The notes below the pieces were generated by a model. That model was not told the origin of the DNA. It saw only the letters and a list, made by a program, of their open reading frames with translations, and searched no databases. A program made the translations under genes and the position numbers. DNA of 61,675 bases, the filler included, from Thelocarpon superellum (lineage: Eukaryota): NCBI GenBank assembly GCA_026025795.1. It is 4 parts of 4 records of this genome, joined end to end, with 100 filler letters (N's around TTAATTAATTAA, not from the genome) between each part and the next. Parts side by side here need not be neighbours in the genome. Positions count along the whole stretch, not along the records: positions 15,729 to 31,017 come from JAPEUG010000411.1; positions 31,118 to 46,390 come from JAPEUG010000412.1; 2 more parts are not named here. One strand, given 5' to 3'. Below, in pieces: positions 24,854 to 37,006 of this stretch (positions are counted from its first letter, which is position 1; each line of letters begins with the position of its first letter).

Positions 24854-27800
24854 CTAGACAAGAATACGCTCACGGCTATACTTCGGCACGCGCATGCTCC
24901 TGAGTCTCCCCACCGCACGCGCGGAAAGACGCTGCACCTCGCCACCAGCGCCGACGCGGACGCGCGCCACGTCTTCTTCGGCTTTCAGACTCAGCGGGAG
25001 TAGACTGCTCCCGTCGGGCGAGAGGGCGCTGTGCCTGGTTTGCGTGATGATCGTACCGGGTGCAGGGGCCGAGGGGGGGTGGTAACCCGTATCCGTAGGA
25101 GTCGTGAGGAGGGGGGCCGCCAAGGTAGAGGCGGAGTTGGAACCGCTGGGCTTGTTGGCCGCCGCGTACGACTTCCCAAAGCGCAGCGTCTCGTACAAGA
25201 GTCCCGTCAGGTAGGTGGCTTCCTCGATCCCTTCCAGCGCCGCCGAGACCTCGCCTTGGAGGGCCGAGACGAGGTCCGACGCGTCACCGGCCGCTGCATC
25301 GACTGCGCCGATCCAGCCGCCTGTGCTGATACTGTCGACGGCGCAGCGGAGCAGGTCGCTGATCAACGTGATGCTGCGGTCGCTCCCGCCACCGCCGCCG
25401 CCGCTGCTACCGAGACCGTGTTGTTCATCGTCTTCTGCGGCGACCTGCCCAATCTCTTCGTCCACGTATCGCGAGATCCACCCCTCCCGCGCCATCTCGA
25501 CACGCAACAGGTGGATCAGCGACAGGGTTTCGGTGCGTGACATCATGGTGCGGAGGGCATGGATGATGGTGCGTGTCGGAAAGGCGAAGAGTCTGGTCAG
25601 CGCCAGCGTGAGCGCTCGTTCGCGAATGCCGCCGCCGTCTTCGAGCGTCGACATGGCCCGGTTGAGGTCCTCTTCCGCTGCTGCTTCTTCGGCGAGGAGG
25701 GTCATGGAGAGATCACCATTCGTCAAGGCCTCGGGCGGGATGCCGTTGCTGAGCCCGTCGGGGCTCTTGCCATCGATCTGCTCCACGTACTCGAGGCTTC
25801 GCATGAGCACCGTGACAGCCTCCACCACGTCAGGGGCCGAGAGCGGTGCTGGCGCCATCAGAACAGTGAGAAGCAGCTTCATGTCGGGGTCCGCTTTAAC
25901 AAGCGCGCGGATAAATTGGCCCGGCAGTATCTGCGTCCGCCGTCGGAACCGAGGGACCTCGTCGCTTAGCGCGTACTCGAGGCTCTCGACGGAGAAGCTC
26001 CCAGACTCGAACAACCAGCGGAAGATATTGGGCGGGAGTGTCTTGATTGACAGCGTAGACGCCGACGGATCGTTTGGTGGTTCTGATGGGGGCGTTATGG
26101 TGAAGATGATCCGTAGCGCGTACGTCACCTTGCGCGAGTCCACTACCGGCCGTGCCTCGTCCGATCTCAGCGTGGGAAACTGCCAGTCCGGGAGCGGACG
26201 TTCCTCCGTAAACCCGGACATGGCATCACTCGCCGTGGCCGGCGTTCCTGACCCATCTTGCGCTCCCTGTCTGTGCGACGTCCCATTCGTCTCCGGAGCA
26301 TCGAGCCCCGCCACGACCGCCTTCCACGTATCACGTCGTTTCCTCCACTCGTCGAGCTGGCTCTCGTCGCGCCGGATCCCCACGGCCTTGGCAAAGACCC
26401 GCTCGAGGTTTTCCAAATCGCCTCGCGCTACATAGCGATCCATGCGGGCCACCTGCTCCTTCCAGTATCGCTCCGCCGCGGGATTGGACGGTACTAGATA
26501 TCGCGCGAAAGGGTGAGGAAGATCGTGGGACAATGCGGGTCGCGGGGCAAGCCGCGCGGGCGGTAATCCACGACCAATGGCGTGCAGCAATGACCCATCG
26601 CCTACCCTCGTCGCCGCACGAGATCCATTTCCCGGTCGCTCGACACGAATGGCCACTAGTCGCCGATCCGATAGACCCACGACCACTCCAAGCCTGGACA
26701 TGAAGGATACAAGGGTGACGTCTGTTGTCTCCACCTCATCGATGACCTGTGCTAGCTTCCTCTTCTTGCTGCCTGCATTGGGGGGGAGGGTGTTGCGGAG
26801 CGGAAGGACGGCCTGACAGGAGCGATGTTGAACATCGAGCAAGTCCATCTCGGCCGCGGACGCCGTAAGGACCGAGTTCTTAGAGATTCTGACAAAGGAC
26901 GAGGTCCCCTTAACGAGGGGTAGCTGTGTGTCGAGGGTTGGGATGGTTCCCGAAAGATCATACACGTGGAGTATTCCATCGGACATGCAGTGAAGCGTCC
27001 CCGTCCCAGCGTCCAAAGACATGGGCGGTGACCGGTGGCTCCAGGCGGCGGAGTCGGGCAGGGTGACGCTAACCAGCGTCTGCAAGTGTTGGCCTACCAT
27101 CCCTTGGGCGGGTATTCGTAGGATGTCAAGCCGCCGCGGTAGCGATCGTGCCCCTGGACCAGCGATGAGCCGGGTCACGAGGACGAGGAGGGGACACGCA
27201 TGGTCTGGGACGGCCAGGGACGCTGCGAGCGAGGCCAGGGCATCATCACGTCCTTTCAGGAGGCCCTTCTGGGCCGCGTCCAGCGATACTAGGCTGGCCA
27301 ATTCGACCTTTACCTTCGCCTGCGCGGCGGCCGTGCCGCTCTCGGGCCGGTGTGTCGTCCGCCAGCGTTCTTCCGCCAGATCCTCGGAGAAGCAGCGTAC
27401 TTGGCCATCTTCATGAATAGCTAGGAGCTCCAGTGCACCCGGTCGATCTGACTGGTCGGGGACGACGTCAAGGTGGCACACCGGGCTGGCGGCGTCGGCG
27501 AGGTCATGGAAAGCATTGGCGTCCTTCATCGGCTTCAGCCTGGGCGCCGGCGTATCTGATTGGCCATGGGTATCGGAGAAGCGAAGGATGGTGTGAGTGT
27601 CGTTGAAATGGATGGCCGTGTATGTCACTTGTTGCTTCCCCCCGCCCTCGGGACGTTGGAGTCGCAGGGCACACGGCGGACAGGTAAAGGCAGCTCCCGG
27701 CGCGACGGCGTGCGAGCTTATTATTTTGGGATTCTCCACCTACTCTCGACGTCAGCGATAGCCTGGTAAAGTGGAAATATTCGGCCTTGCATCGTAGATA

Positions 27801-27970
27801 TTCAGGCCTTCGTCATCAATGGCCACGGCCACGGCAGCTCGGTGTTTCCGCTTGGTGCCCGCTGCCCCACTCCAGACATTGGCGACCTGATATCCTCCCT
27901 TGGCTGAGTTCAGCGGACGGGACAAGGTGGCCACGGTATGAGGCGACTCGATCGACGCGGGAAACGACAT
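24854..27970 (-). CDS. UTP8: U3 snoRNA-associated protein 8 (Utp8)-like, SSU processome
   Basis: Exon 1 27970-27791 (..AVAVAIDDEGLNIYD), GC-AG intron 27790-27740, exon 2 27739-24854 (VENPKIISSHAVAPGAAFTCPPC.. beta-propeller-like region). C-terminus GGEVQRLSARAVGRLRSMRVPKYSRERILV is typical of filamentous-fungal Utp8. Confidence 0.8.
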
Positions 27971-28633
27971 GCCGTCTATTCCGGACCCAGCAGCGTTCTG
28001 GAAAGGACACCGAAGGGACGGGCGCTGTCAGTCGTGACGGCCTTCAGCTTCCACGGCGATTTGCGAGCAAAATGTGCCCAACTTGTGGTCGCTTAGCTCC
28101 CTTCGTGCCCGTACCAGTGCTATCGAAGTCGAGCTAGGCGGTGAGCCCGACGGACAAATGGCGGGCGGTGGCGGACCGTGGCCCGCTGCTGGTCGATTGG
28201 CTGATGAGCCGAATTCACATCGACGCTCCCACTGGAAAGTGAAGGCTTAGGTAAGGCGACGTCGGAGGGTTCCCACGAAGAGACGCGCTCCCGAAGCGAC
28301 CGACGCGAAGTCGTGTTCACAGCCGTGGCGTGCAGGGCGACATACCTGGACAGATGTCGTGAGTTGCAGTCAATGAAGGTGCCGCAGCAACGTGCCATGG
28401 CGGGGTCACAGCAATAGATTCCTTTCCTCTCTTCTCATCTCTTCTCATCCCTGAAACCCTGCTATTTCCTGTCTCTTCCTTCAGATGACGTCTTGAATGC
28501 ATTCAATCCGAATTGACGTGTCTCGTCACCGGTCCCTCATTGCACCTTCACTTCCATAGCCCAGCTGCTGTGCGGTCGCGATGAATCCTGCCCACCGCCA
28601 CACAGGGTAAGAGAGCAACGTGCCATTGCCTCC

Positions 28634-31017
28634 ATGGCTATGGTATACGTGAACCTGGGTACGGACGGCATGTCAGATCCGAAGCCGGTACATCCGTTCT
28701 TCGCCGGTGATCATCGTAGGTGGACCTCTGCGCTAGATTGCACCGTGCACCCCCATTGCGCACCGTCGGCTTCACGGATGACTGACCCCGTCGATAGGTG
28801 CCGCACCGCCGGATGATGACCCGACTCTCACGCCGTTGGAGCAACAACGTACGTCGTCTGGCAAGACACGGCCGCCTCGGATCGCCATCGCCTCTGCAGA
28901 TCAGGCGGTCATCTCCATCGGTCCTGCCGGCGTTACCTTGGGCCGCAGTGGTGCCACACCGACACCAGGCGTAGACACCATCCCACCCGACGAAGGTCTT
29001 ACAAAGCTGCATGCACAGCACGTTGATGGACGGGATGTGTTCATGGGCCACGAGCTGTCAGATGCGCGGGTGGCGGCGTCGTCGGACGAGACCGTGACCT
29101 TGATCGACGCTCCTCCACTTCCCATCGCTCCGAATCATGACCCGAATAGGACGTCGCCGGAGAGGAAGATGGTCAAATTGCATGCCAGAGGCACCTTAGT
29201 TTCGCCGCCCCCGAAACCTCCTTCCGCCAAAGCAACCCGCGTGGCCAAGACAAGAGCATCTAAGTTCCGCAAGGGCCGAGAACAGCTCGTCATCGTCCTC
29301 CGCTACGGTCAAGCGAGTGACGGTGAATCAACTTCGTCCCTGTCGGACAAAGTCCAGCGGATTCTCCGCGCACAAGCACCTCAGTCGCCTCGGCCCACAC
29401 CGCAACCCATCATGGACATTGGCCCTCCCAAACCCACACACCCCTTCTTCCTCGGAAAAGCCAAACCTCCAACGGGCAGCCAAGGGTTCGAGACGACTCT
29501 CACGTCTAACCTCTCACCTGCCACTTCCACCGGAGGCGCTACGTCGAGCCCCGCCGTATCTGCCGGACGAGTACCGAGTCCGTCAAGGACCTCTGGCCCC
29601 GCTCGAGCCAATCCCAGCTTCCTGTTCGAACAGTCTCGCGTCCTCAAATATCCCGGTACCGTTGCACCGCTCTGGCCAGGGAGACAATGGATGCACATTC
29701 GCGGACTTGGGCCTGTGGAGGAACCTTCGGCCGACACCACGGAGCAACGTCTTCGACACAGCCACAAAAAGTTGAAGAATGCCATTGTCCAGGTGCCGGA
29801 GACAGAGGATCTACTAAAGGCCTTTGCATCACGGCTCAGGCATAGGTCACAAGGCTGGGAAAGATCATCCCAAGCAGCGCCTGACGGTCAATGGAGACAA
29901 GAACCACGAGTACTCCGAACACCAGAGCGGACGGTCACAACGGGGGAGGAGCTACAGGGACTGGTCAGACAAGAGCTCCACACTCCTCTGCGATCGTCGA
30001 GGAACAATGCCGCTATGGACGAAGAAGATCAGGAGCCGGTGGAACGCATGTCACGACGCATTAACGTCCCCGAAGCGCTGCAACGGGTGTACGACGACAT
30101 CCGCACCAGTCGCACCCCCTTTGACCGGGCCGAATGCGAGACGCAAGCCTGGGTGGCCAAGTATGCCCCGAAACACACCTCTGAGGTCCTCCAAACTGGA
30201 CCCGAGGTGCACTTACTCCATGATTGGTTGCAGCGTTCCGTCGTGACAGCTGTCGAGAAGGCTGGGGAGGGCTCACGGCCCAACTCGGGGACGAAACGGC
30301 CTGGACTTTTCCGCGAGGATAGCGCGAAACAGAGAGCCAAGCGACGGAAGAAGCGTGCGGAGGATTTTGAGGACTTCATCGTCTCGAGCGATGAAGAGGG
30401 CGATGAGATGGATGAGCTCGCCGCCCCTGAAGATGGAGAATCGCCGGGCCTCGAGCCATTCAGGCGAACGGTGGTCCGTTCGGGGGATATGGCACCCACT
30501 GCTACAGCTGCGCCCCGAAAGGTGACCAATGCCGTCTTGATCAGCGGACCCCACGGCTGTGGCAAAACCGCAGCCGCCTATGCCGTCGCCAAGGATCTAA
30601 ACTTCGAGGTCTTTGAGATGCACCCAGGTGGGCGAAGAAGCGGCAAGGATCTCCTGGACAAGGTCGGCGACCTGACGAGGAATCATCTGGTCCAACAAGC
30701 CAAATCAGAGGTGGTCGACGTCGATCTGGCCGAAGCCGAGGGTTCCCTTCAACGTGACATCGACAGCGGCAAGCAACGCGTGCTGAGTGCCTTCATGACC
30801 CGACCGACACGCCCCGCCAGTGCGAAAAGTACCCCACCGTCCTCGGCGGCCAAAGCAGCCAAAGATGCGGCGTCCAAATCCCGAAACACCCCGAAGCAAT
30901 CGGTGATTCTCCTGGAGGAGGTCGACGTCCTGTTTGAGGAGGATCGTCAGTTCTGGTCGACGGTGCTGGCCCTGCTGGCCCAGTCACGACGACCGGTCAT
31001 CATGACCTGCACCGACG
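28634..31017 (+). CDS. ELG1: Elg1/ATAD5-like RFC large subunit (AAA+ ATPase), 3'-truncated by the linker
   Basis: Exon 1 28634-28715 (..PVHPFF), intron 28716-28797, then a long ORF with WVAKYAP, Walker A GPHGCGKT, FEVFEMHPGGRRSGKDLLDKVGDLTRNHLV, Walker B ILLEEVDVLFEED and SRRPVIMTC. Confidence 0.88.
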
Positions 31018-31117
31018 NNNNNNNNNNNNNNNNNNNNNNNNNNNNNNNNNNNNNNNNNNNNTTAATTAATTAANNNNNNNNNNNNNNNNNNNNNNNNNNN
31101 NNNNNNNNNNNNNNNNN
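31018..31117. other. Artificial contig linker (44 N + TTAATTAATTAA + 44 N)
   Basis: Seen directly. Spacer at 31062-31073. Confidence 0.99.
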
Positions 31118-31379
31118 GAGGCACGCGCCACGGCGACTGCCGTCGCTGGCAGCATCGATCGGCTAGACTTGAGCTTCGCGTCCGGTGCTGTTGACATGAG
31201 GACAAGGTCGCGTGACTCTGCTCCTCGACGCTCGACGGGAGGTGTTCTGATCCCCCGCAGCTATATTTCGCTGTTTCCTTCGTCGTGAGCCGATGACCCA
31301 CGTTTGGGTTGATTCCAGTGCGGTCGAGAGGCTGGCTCAAAAATGGTAGCCCTGGACGCTCGTCGACCAGCATAACACT

Positions 31380-33377
31380 ATGGCAGCGACGGACATTCCT
31401 CAGAGGCTCCGGCCCACGCAGTTCGAAGACTTAGACGACGATGGGGTCTTCCGAACCTACGCCGAGCGCCTCAAGGAACACGCAGCCCGAAACTTCGTGC
31501 TTGATTTCAACAAGGAAAAGGCCGTGATAGCCTTCGATCTGCAAAAGACGCAGTTTCGGGCGCTTCTCAAGGAACGAGTCGCACCTGCGCTGAAGACGCG
31601 ATGGATCAATGTCTGGGCGCCGAACGAGCAGCAAGATATGGTCAAGATCCTTGGACGCTACTACGGATTCTCCCCCCGTCTCTTGAGCTTGATGTTGGAA
31701 GTCCCGTTGGATCGGCCCTTCTTGGATTCGGAAGCAGAACCGCCCAAGCCTCAGAACATGCGAGATCATCTCCGCGCATTTCAAGAAAGGTTGATGGAGC
31801 GGGAGACGGTGGACGAGGAAAAGCGCGTGGAATCGCCAGTATCCCCTCATCCGGACTTGCTCGATCCCGTGGCCGACTTGAACCACTACCGTCTCATCAA
31901 TGAAGTGTGGCATTTCTCGTCCGTCGATTGGGGCGAGAAGTGTGAGGACTCCGATCGGTATCGAATGACTGTACGCTGATGGCTCGGGTTTAGATCTCTG
32001 CCTGGGCTTCAACTCCCTGCATGGCGGATCCTCGCCCGTGCTCGAAGCGATGCAATCTACCGATGACGGCCCCCGTGACGTTCCGAAAGGCCTACGTCTT
32101 TGGTCGTGGCTCATCCTGTGCAACGACGGTGGGTGGTCGGCATGGTCCGATGGATCTAGATGGATCTAGCTGATACTTTCCCAGGCACGGTGATTTCCAT
32201 CTACGAAGACACCTTCCCGCGCCAAATCGACCTGTCACAGAAGCAGCGATTCATGTTGGCTATCATCCGGCGAAATCTCTCGAACGTCTTCCGTGAGCTT
32301 TCCAAGGCGCCGTCGGCAGGTGTCGGGCAGAAGGCCATCTCCATCCTTCGAATCCGGGGGCTTCAAAACCCGAGCAGCGATGACGAGTCCGAACCATCTG
32401 ATGCTGCAGTTGACCGAGATGCGCCCAGCCTTCTCTTCTTCTATCTGTTTGACGACTGGAATTCCACCTACGGTCTAGTTGCGCGAAAGGAGCAACAATA
32501 TGGTGAGGAGCTGGATCGACTGGTATGTCGACGCTTCCTTAGGGTCTCGTGCGGGACCGGCGGCTGATTGGATGATAGCGGATGGAGATGCTGGACAGGC
32601 CGGAGCTGAATCACATCGATCGTCTTCACCATATCGGGCGACAGCTAGGCGTGCTACGGCGTATCTACCAAAGCTACAAGCTGATCATCGATCGCATCCT
32701 CGACCGACAGAAGCCCATGGGACAACACTTCGGCCCTGTGCCCATGGAGAATCCCTCGAACATGTCAGAGGATCGACATGCCTTGATTCGGAGCTCGACG
32801 GTCGACCTTTCACCGAGCGTGTCCATGGCGGATTTCCGTACCGAGGATAGACATGCGCCGCTGGGGGTGACCCTGTCGGCATCGGCGGTCGTGCGATTGG
32901 AGAGAATGCGCGACCGCATCGGCCTCTACGCTCTGAGCGAGATTCACGAATGTCTGGACACCAAAGAATCCCTCGTTCTGATGGTAGGACCGGACATCGC
33001 GCATCACCTCCCAGGCTGAATGCTAATGCCGACGCCAGGCCTTCAACTTGATCTCGATGAAGGAATCAGCGGCTATTGAACGATTAACGCGCATCACCAT
33101 CCTCTTGGCGAAAGTGACGATCCTCTTCCTGCCGGTCAATCTCATGACGCAGTACTTCTCCGTGCAGATCGATGACTTGGCTGGGGTGTACACGGCGAAT
33201 ACGTATTGGATCGCCTTTGGCGTCATCATGTTTCTTTCCGTATCGTTGCTCTTCCTCTATGGGCGAATCAGCGGCACCGTGGAGGGCAAGGTCATCTACC
33301 AATCCGTGGGATACCACATCCTGGATCTCGGCAGAGGGGTGCTCCGAGGCAAGTGGCGACGCATCAAACGAGCGTGA
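31380..33377 (+). CDS. CorA-like protein with two C-terminal TM helices and a non-canonical signature
   Basis: Five exons: 31380-31941, 31994-32128, 32185-32522, 32579-32983 and 33039-33377, all GT-AG and in phase. Motifs TRWINVWAP, YGFSPRLL, HIGRQLGVLRRIYQSY, AIERLTRITILLAKVTILFLPVNLMTQYFSVQI and a second TM YWIAFGVIMFLSVSLLFLY. Confidence 0.75.
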
Positions 33378-34366
33378 CGTGGGGAGGACCTCGGGACCGT
33401 GTACGATTGACGGTCACGGTTCCTGCTGTGTACGGATGTCATTTGGGAGGTGTGGAAATAGGCTGCAACGAGACACGGCAAACCGAGCAATCAGGCGGAG
33501 GAGCGCGATCGCGATAAGCGTGGTCGTAATCGGGATCGATCATTAGGCTTCCGCCAAAAGGTGTGATCTGATTGGAAGCCCAGGGTGAGAGAGCGGGCAG
33601 TCATTTGCGCTGACGCGATCTGGCCTGACGAGGGGGACGTATTAATGGCGACTGCAAGTCCTCGCATCATTGCATCCTCGGCTGATTCAGTCGTTCGACT
33701 CATTCGAACTCCGCTCTCCACCGTCTTGCTCCGTCCCATCCCATCTTCCGCCAGTAGGACATCCACATCCCGCGGTAACACGAGTACCGAGCACCCGCAC
33801 TCCCGTACTCGTCGTTTCTGGTATTTCATCCTGGCACCGTCGGAGATCGAGGGAGTCCTCCGTACAAACGCAGGGCAAGGACCGTCTGGCCGCGTCCTTA
33901 CCTGATCGAGCGCTAGTGGCGTGGTTAGGTGGAAAATCAATTCCATGCCGAAGACACACCACACAAATCCAATCGACATCCTGTCCTCATCACACCCCAG
34001 CTCCCGCCGTGCATCACACGACATCACCCCACACCTCCCGTCCATCCCCAAAGCCATCCTCGCTCTGTGAGTTGGACTGACTTCCGATCGCCTGGTCGCC
34101 GTGAAGGTGAGTGCCGTGCACTTTTGGTCGAGTGCGTTCCGTAGTCGCTCCGATCGCCTCTGTTCGCCCCCCTAGTGGCTAGGCCGCGCGCATCCTGTGC
34201 TCGTGGGTGACGGGTGTGCCGCGCGATGGCCACGGCAATGCACTGCGAGGCTATGATGATGGCCCGCGTATAGCAGAGGGAGGATCTCGGCTGACCAACA
34301 GGATAGTCCCTCTGAGATCCGTCTCTCCCCGTCCGACTGTGCACCCGATCATCACCCGGCGTCTGA

Positions 34367-35128
<762 letters not shown>

Positions 35129-35144
35129 GTCTTTCACGGCCTTT

Positions 35145-35730
35145 CATGACCGACGGACGGACTGACGGACCGACGGAGAGTGCGAGAGAAAGTGAGGGAG
35201 CTGAGGGAGGGAGGAGAGGAGGGATTTAATCGACGAGCGAGTGAATAACGAGAGCAGAGGACAGAGATCAGAGAGCGGTGAGTAGAGCAGATGAAGTGGT
35301 ATAGGGAGGGGATAGGGAGGGGATAGGGAGGGAGCAGTGGAGGGAGAGAGCAAGCAGGGCAGGAAGTTTTGTCCTTGCCAGTGTGGTGATGTGTGTGTCT
35401 CCTAAGAAAGTGCGTGGGATGCAATCTGGCAGACAGGCAGGCAGGCAGGCAGGCAAGCAGGCAATCATGCAATCATGCAATCATGCGGGCCGAGAGACGA
35501 TCCGAGAGACCTTTTTCGATGTGGAGAGGGCGGGGGGGGGGACAGGGGAGGGGAGAGGAGGGAGTGAGCCGTTTGCTACAGCCATCACTTGTCATCATCA
35601 TCGCGCTTACCCTCGCACTCGCCCATACAATGACCGTCAATGTCACTTTCAATGTCAATGTCATGTTGATTGGATCAGAGGTATCATCTGCTGTTCTACT
35701 CTCTCTACTTTCTCTCTTCTCTCTTTGAGA
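35145..35730. repeat. Simple-sequence-repeat-rich 3' intergenic region: (GACG)n, GA-rich tracts, (GGCA)n, (GCAATCAT)3, poly-G, CT-rich tracts
   Basis: Seen directly between the 3' ends of ARF1 and the SOD gene. Confidence 0.8.
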
Positions 35731-36141
35731 GATGCGTCTTCCTAGGTTGTAGTACCGGACCGTTTGGCGAAAAGTCCGTACCCTTTCACCCTCTACCTTC
35801 CACTCTTTACCCTATCCACATTCCACCCCGTCCATGTTTCTCCATCTCCCTCTCTCACTGCCACTCACTGCCGTCTCCTATCTCCATCTTCATCTCCATC
35901 TTCAGGTGCCAGTCCATGGTCCACATTCTCAAGACCTGCAGTGAGAACTGAGAACTGGCGACGCGAACGAGAGCGACGCGAACGAGAGCGAGAATAAAAG
36001 GACCTTGGGCGAGAACGAAAGGAGGACGTGCCTCTCTCCCCCGGAAAGGGAGCGCCCCCACCCGTCGAGAGAGTGAAATCGTCCGAGGTGCAGGTGGAAA
36101 GTAAAAACGTCCTTGCCCCTGACTGATGTCTCACACCGCGC

Positions 36142-37006
36142 CTACAACATGGCGAATCCGGCCGCAACGGCCATGGCCGCAATGACCGATCCCACGGACA
36201 GTGACTTCGTCGTCGACGCGGCGCCCAGGAATGGAACCACGGTGGAGCTCGTGTACGATACCGTGCCGTTGGCGTTCGTCACGCTTGCTCCCTGCTCGGT
36301 CGTGGTGGTTCCTGAGGTAGTCGTACCCGCTGTCGACGTGGGCCCTCCCATCTGGAAGGAGGCGCACGTGAGGCGTGTCGTGTTGGCGTAGTGGAGCGTG
36401 ATGGATCGGTTGCCGAAGAAAGCTCCAATGCCATTCACGGTTGATGCATAGAGATCCACGAAGCTAAACGAGCACGTCAGTCCCTGAGCGTTGCCCGTCA
36501 CGCGCCCTGTCACATACCTGGCTGAGAATGGCGATGTCTGGATCTTGCCGTACTTGCCCGAGAGATCCCCCACTTGGCATCGCTGCGGGTTGTTGGGGTC
36601 ACACGGCGGCGTCTCTCCACGGATGTACGGGTCAAGATGTGCCAGGGTGCCGGTGCAGTTGCCGTCGGCCGGGACGGGCTGGTCGTGGATGTGATACACT
36701 GATCAAGGGTCAGCCAAGAACAGTTGATTGCATGCGGTCCCAGAGCGACTGACAGAACGGTCCTCCACTCGACGGAAAGTTGGAGAAGGCGACGGTGAAC
36801 TGAACACCGGTGCCGTTGGACGTGGCCACACCCGACACATATCCAGTGACGCTGGTGCCCGGAAGATTCGCTGTGTAGGTCGCGCCAAGGGGGTTGTTGG
36901 TGATGACGGCCGCATCGCCGAGGAGACCCGTCACCGGATTGGTGTTGGACTGCGCCTGGACGAGTGCCAGACCAGCCAGGGTCGACAGCACAATCGTCGG
37001 ATGCAT
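36142..37006 (-). CDS. Secreted/GPI-anchored Cu-only superoxide dismutase (SOD5-like)
   Basis: Exons 37006-36754, 36698-36518 and 36463-36142. Signal peptide, LYHIH, AHLDPY, CQVGDLSGKYG, RSITLHYANTTRLTCA, a Ser/Thr-rich stalk, and hydrophobic C-terminal GPI-type signal ..FLGAAST..VIAAMAVAAGFAML. Confidence 0.92.
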
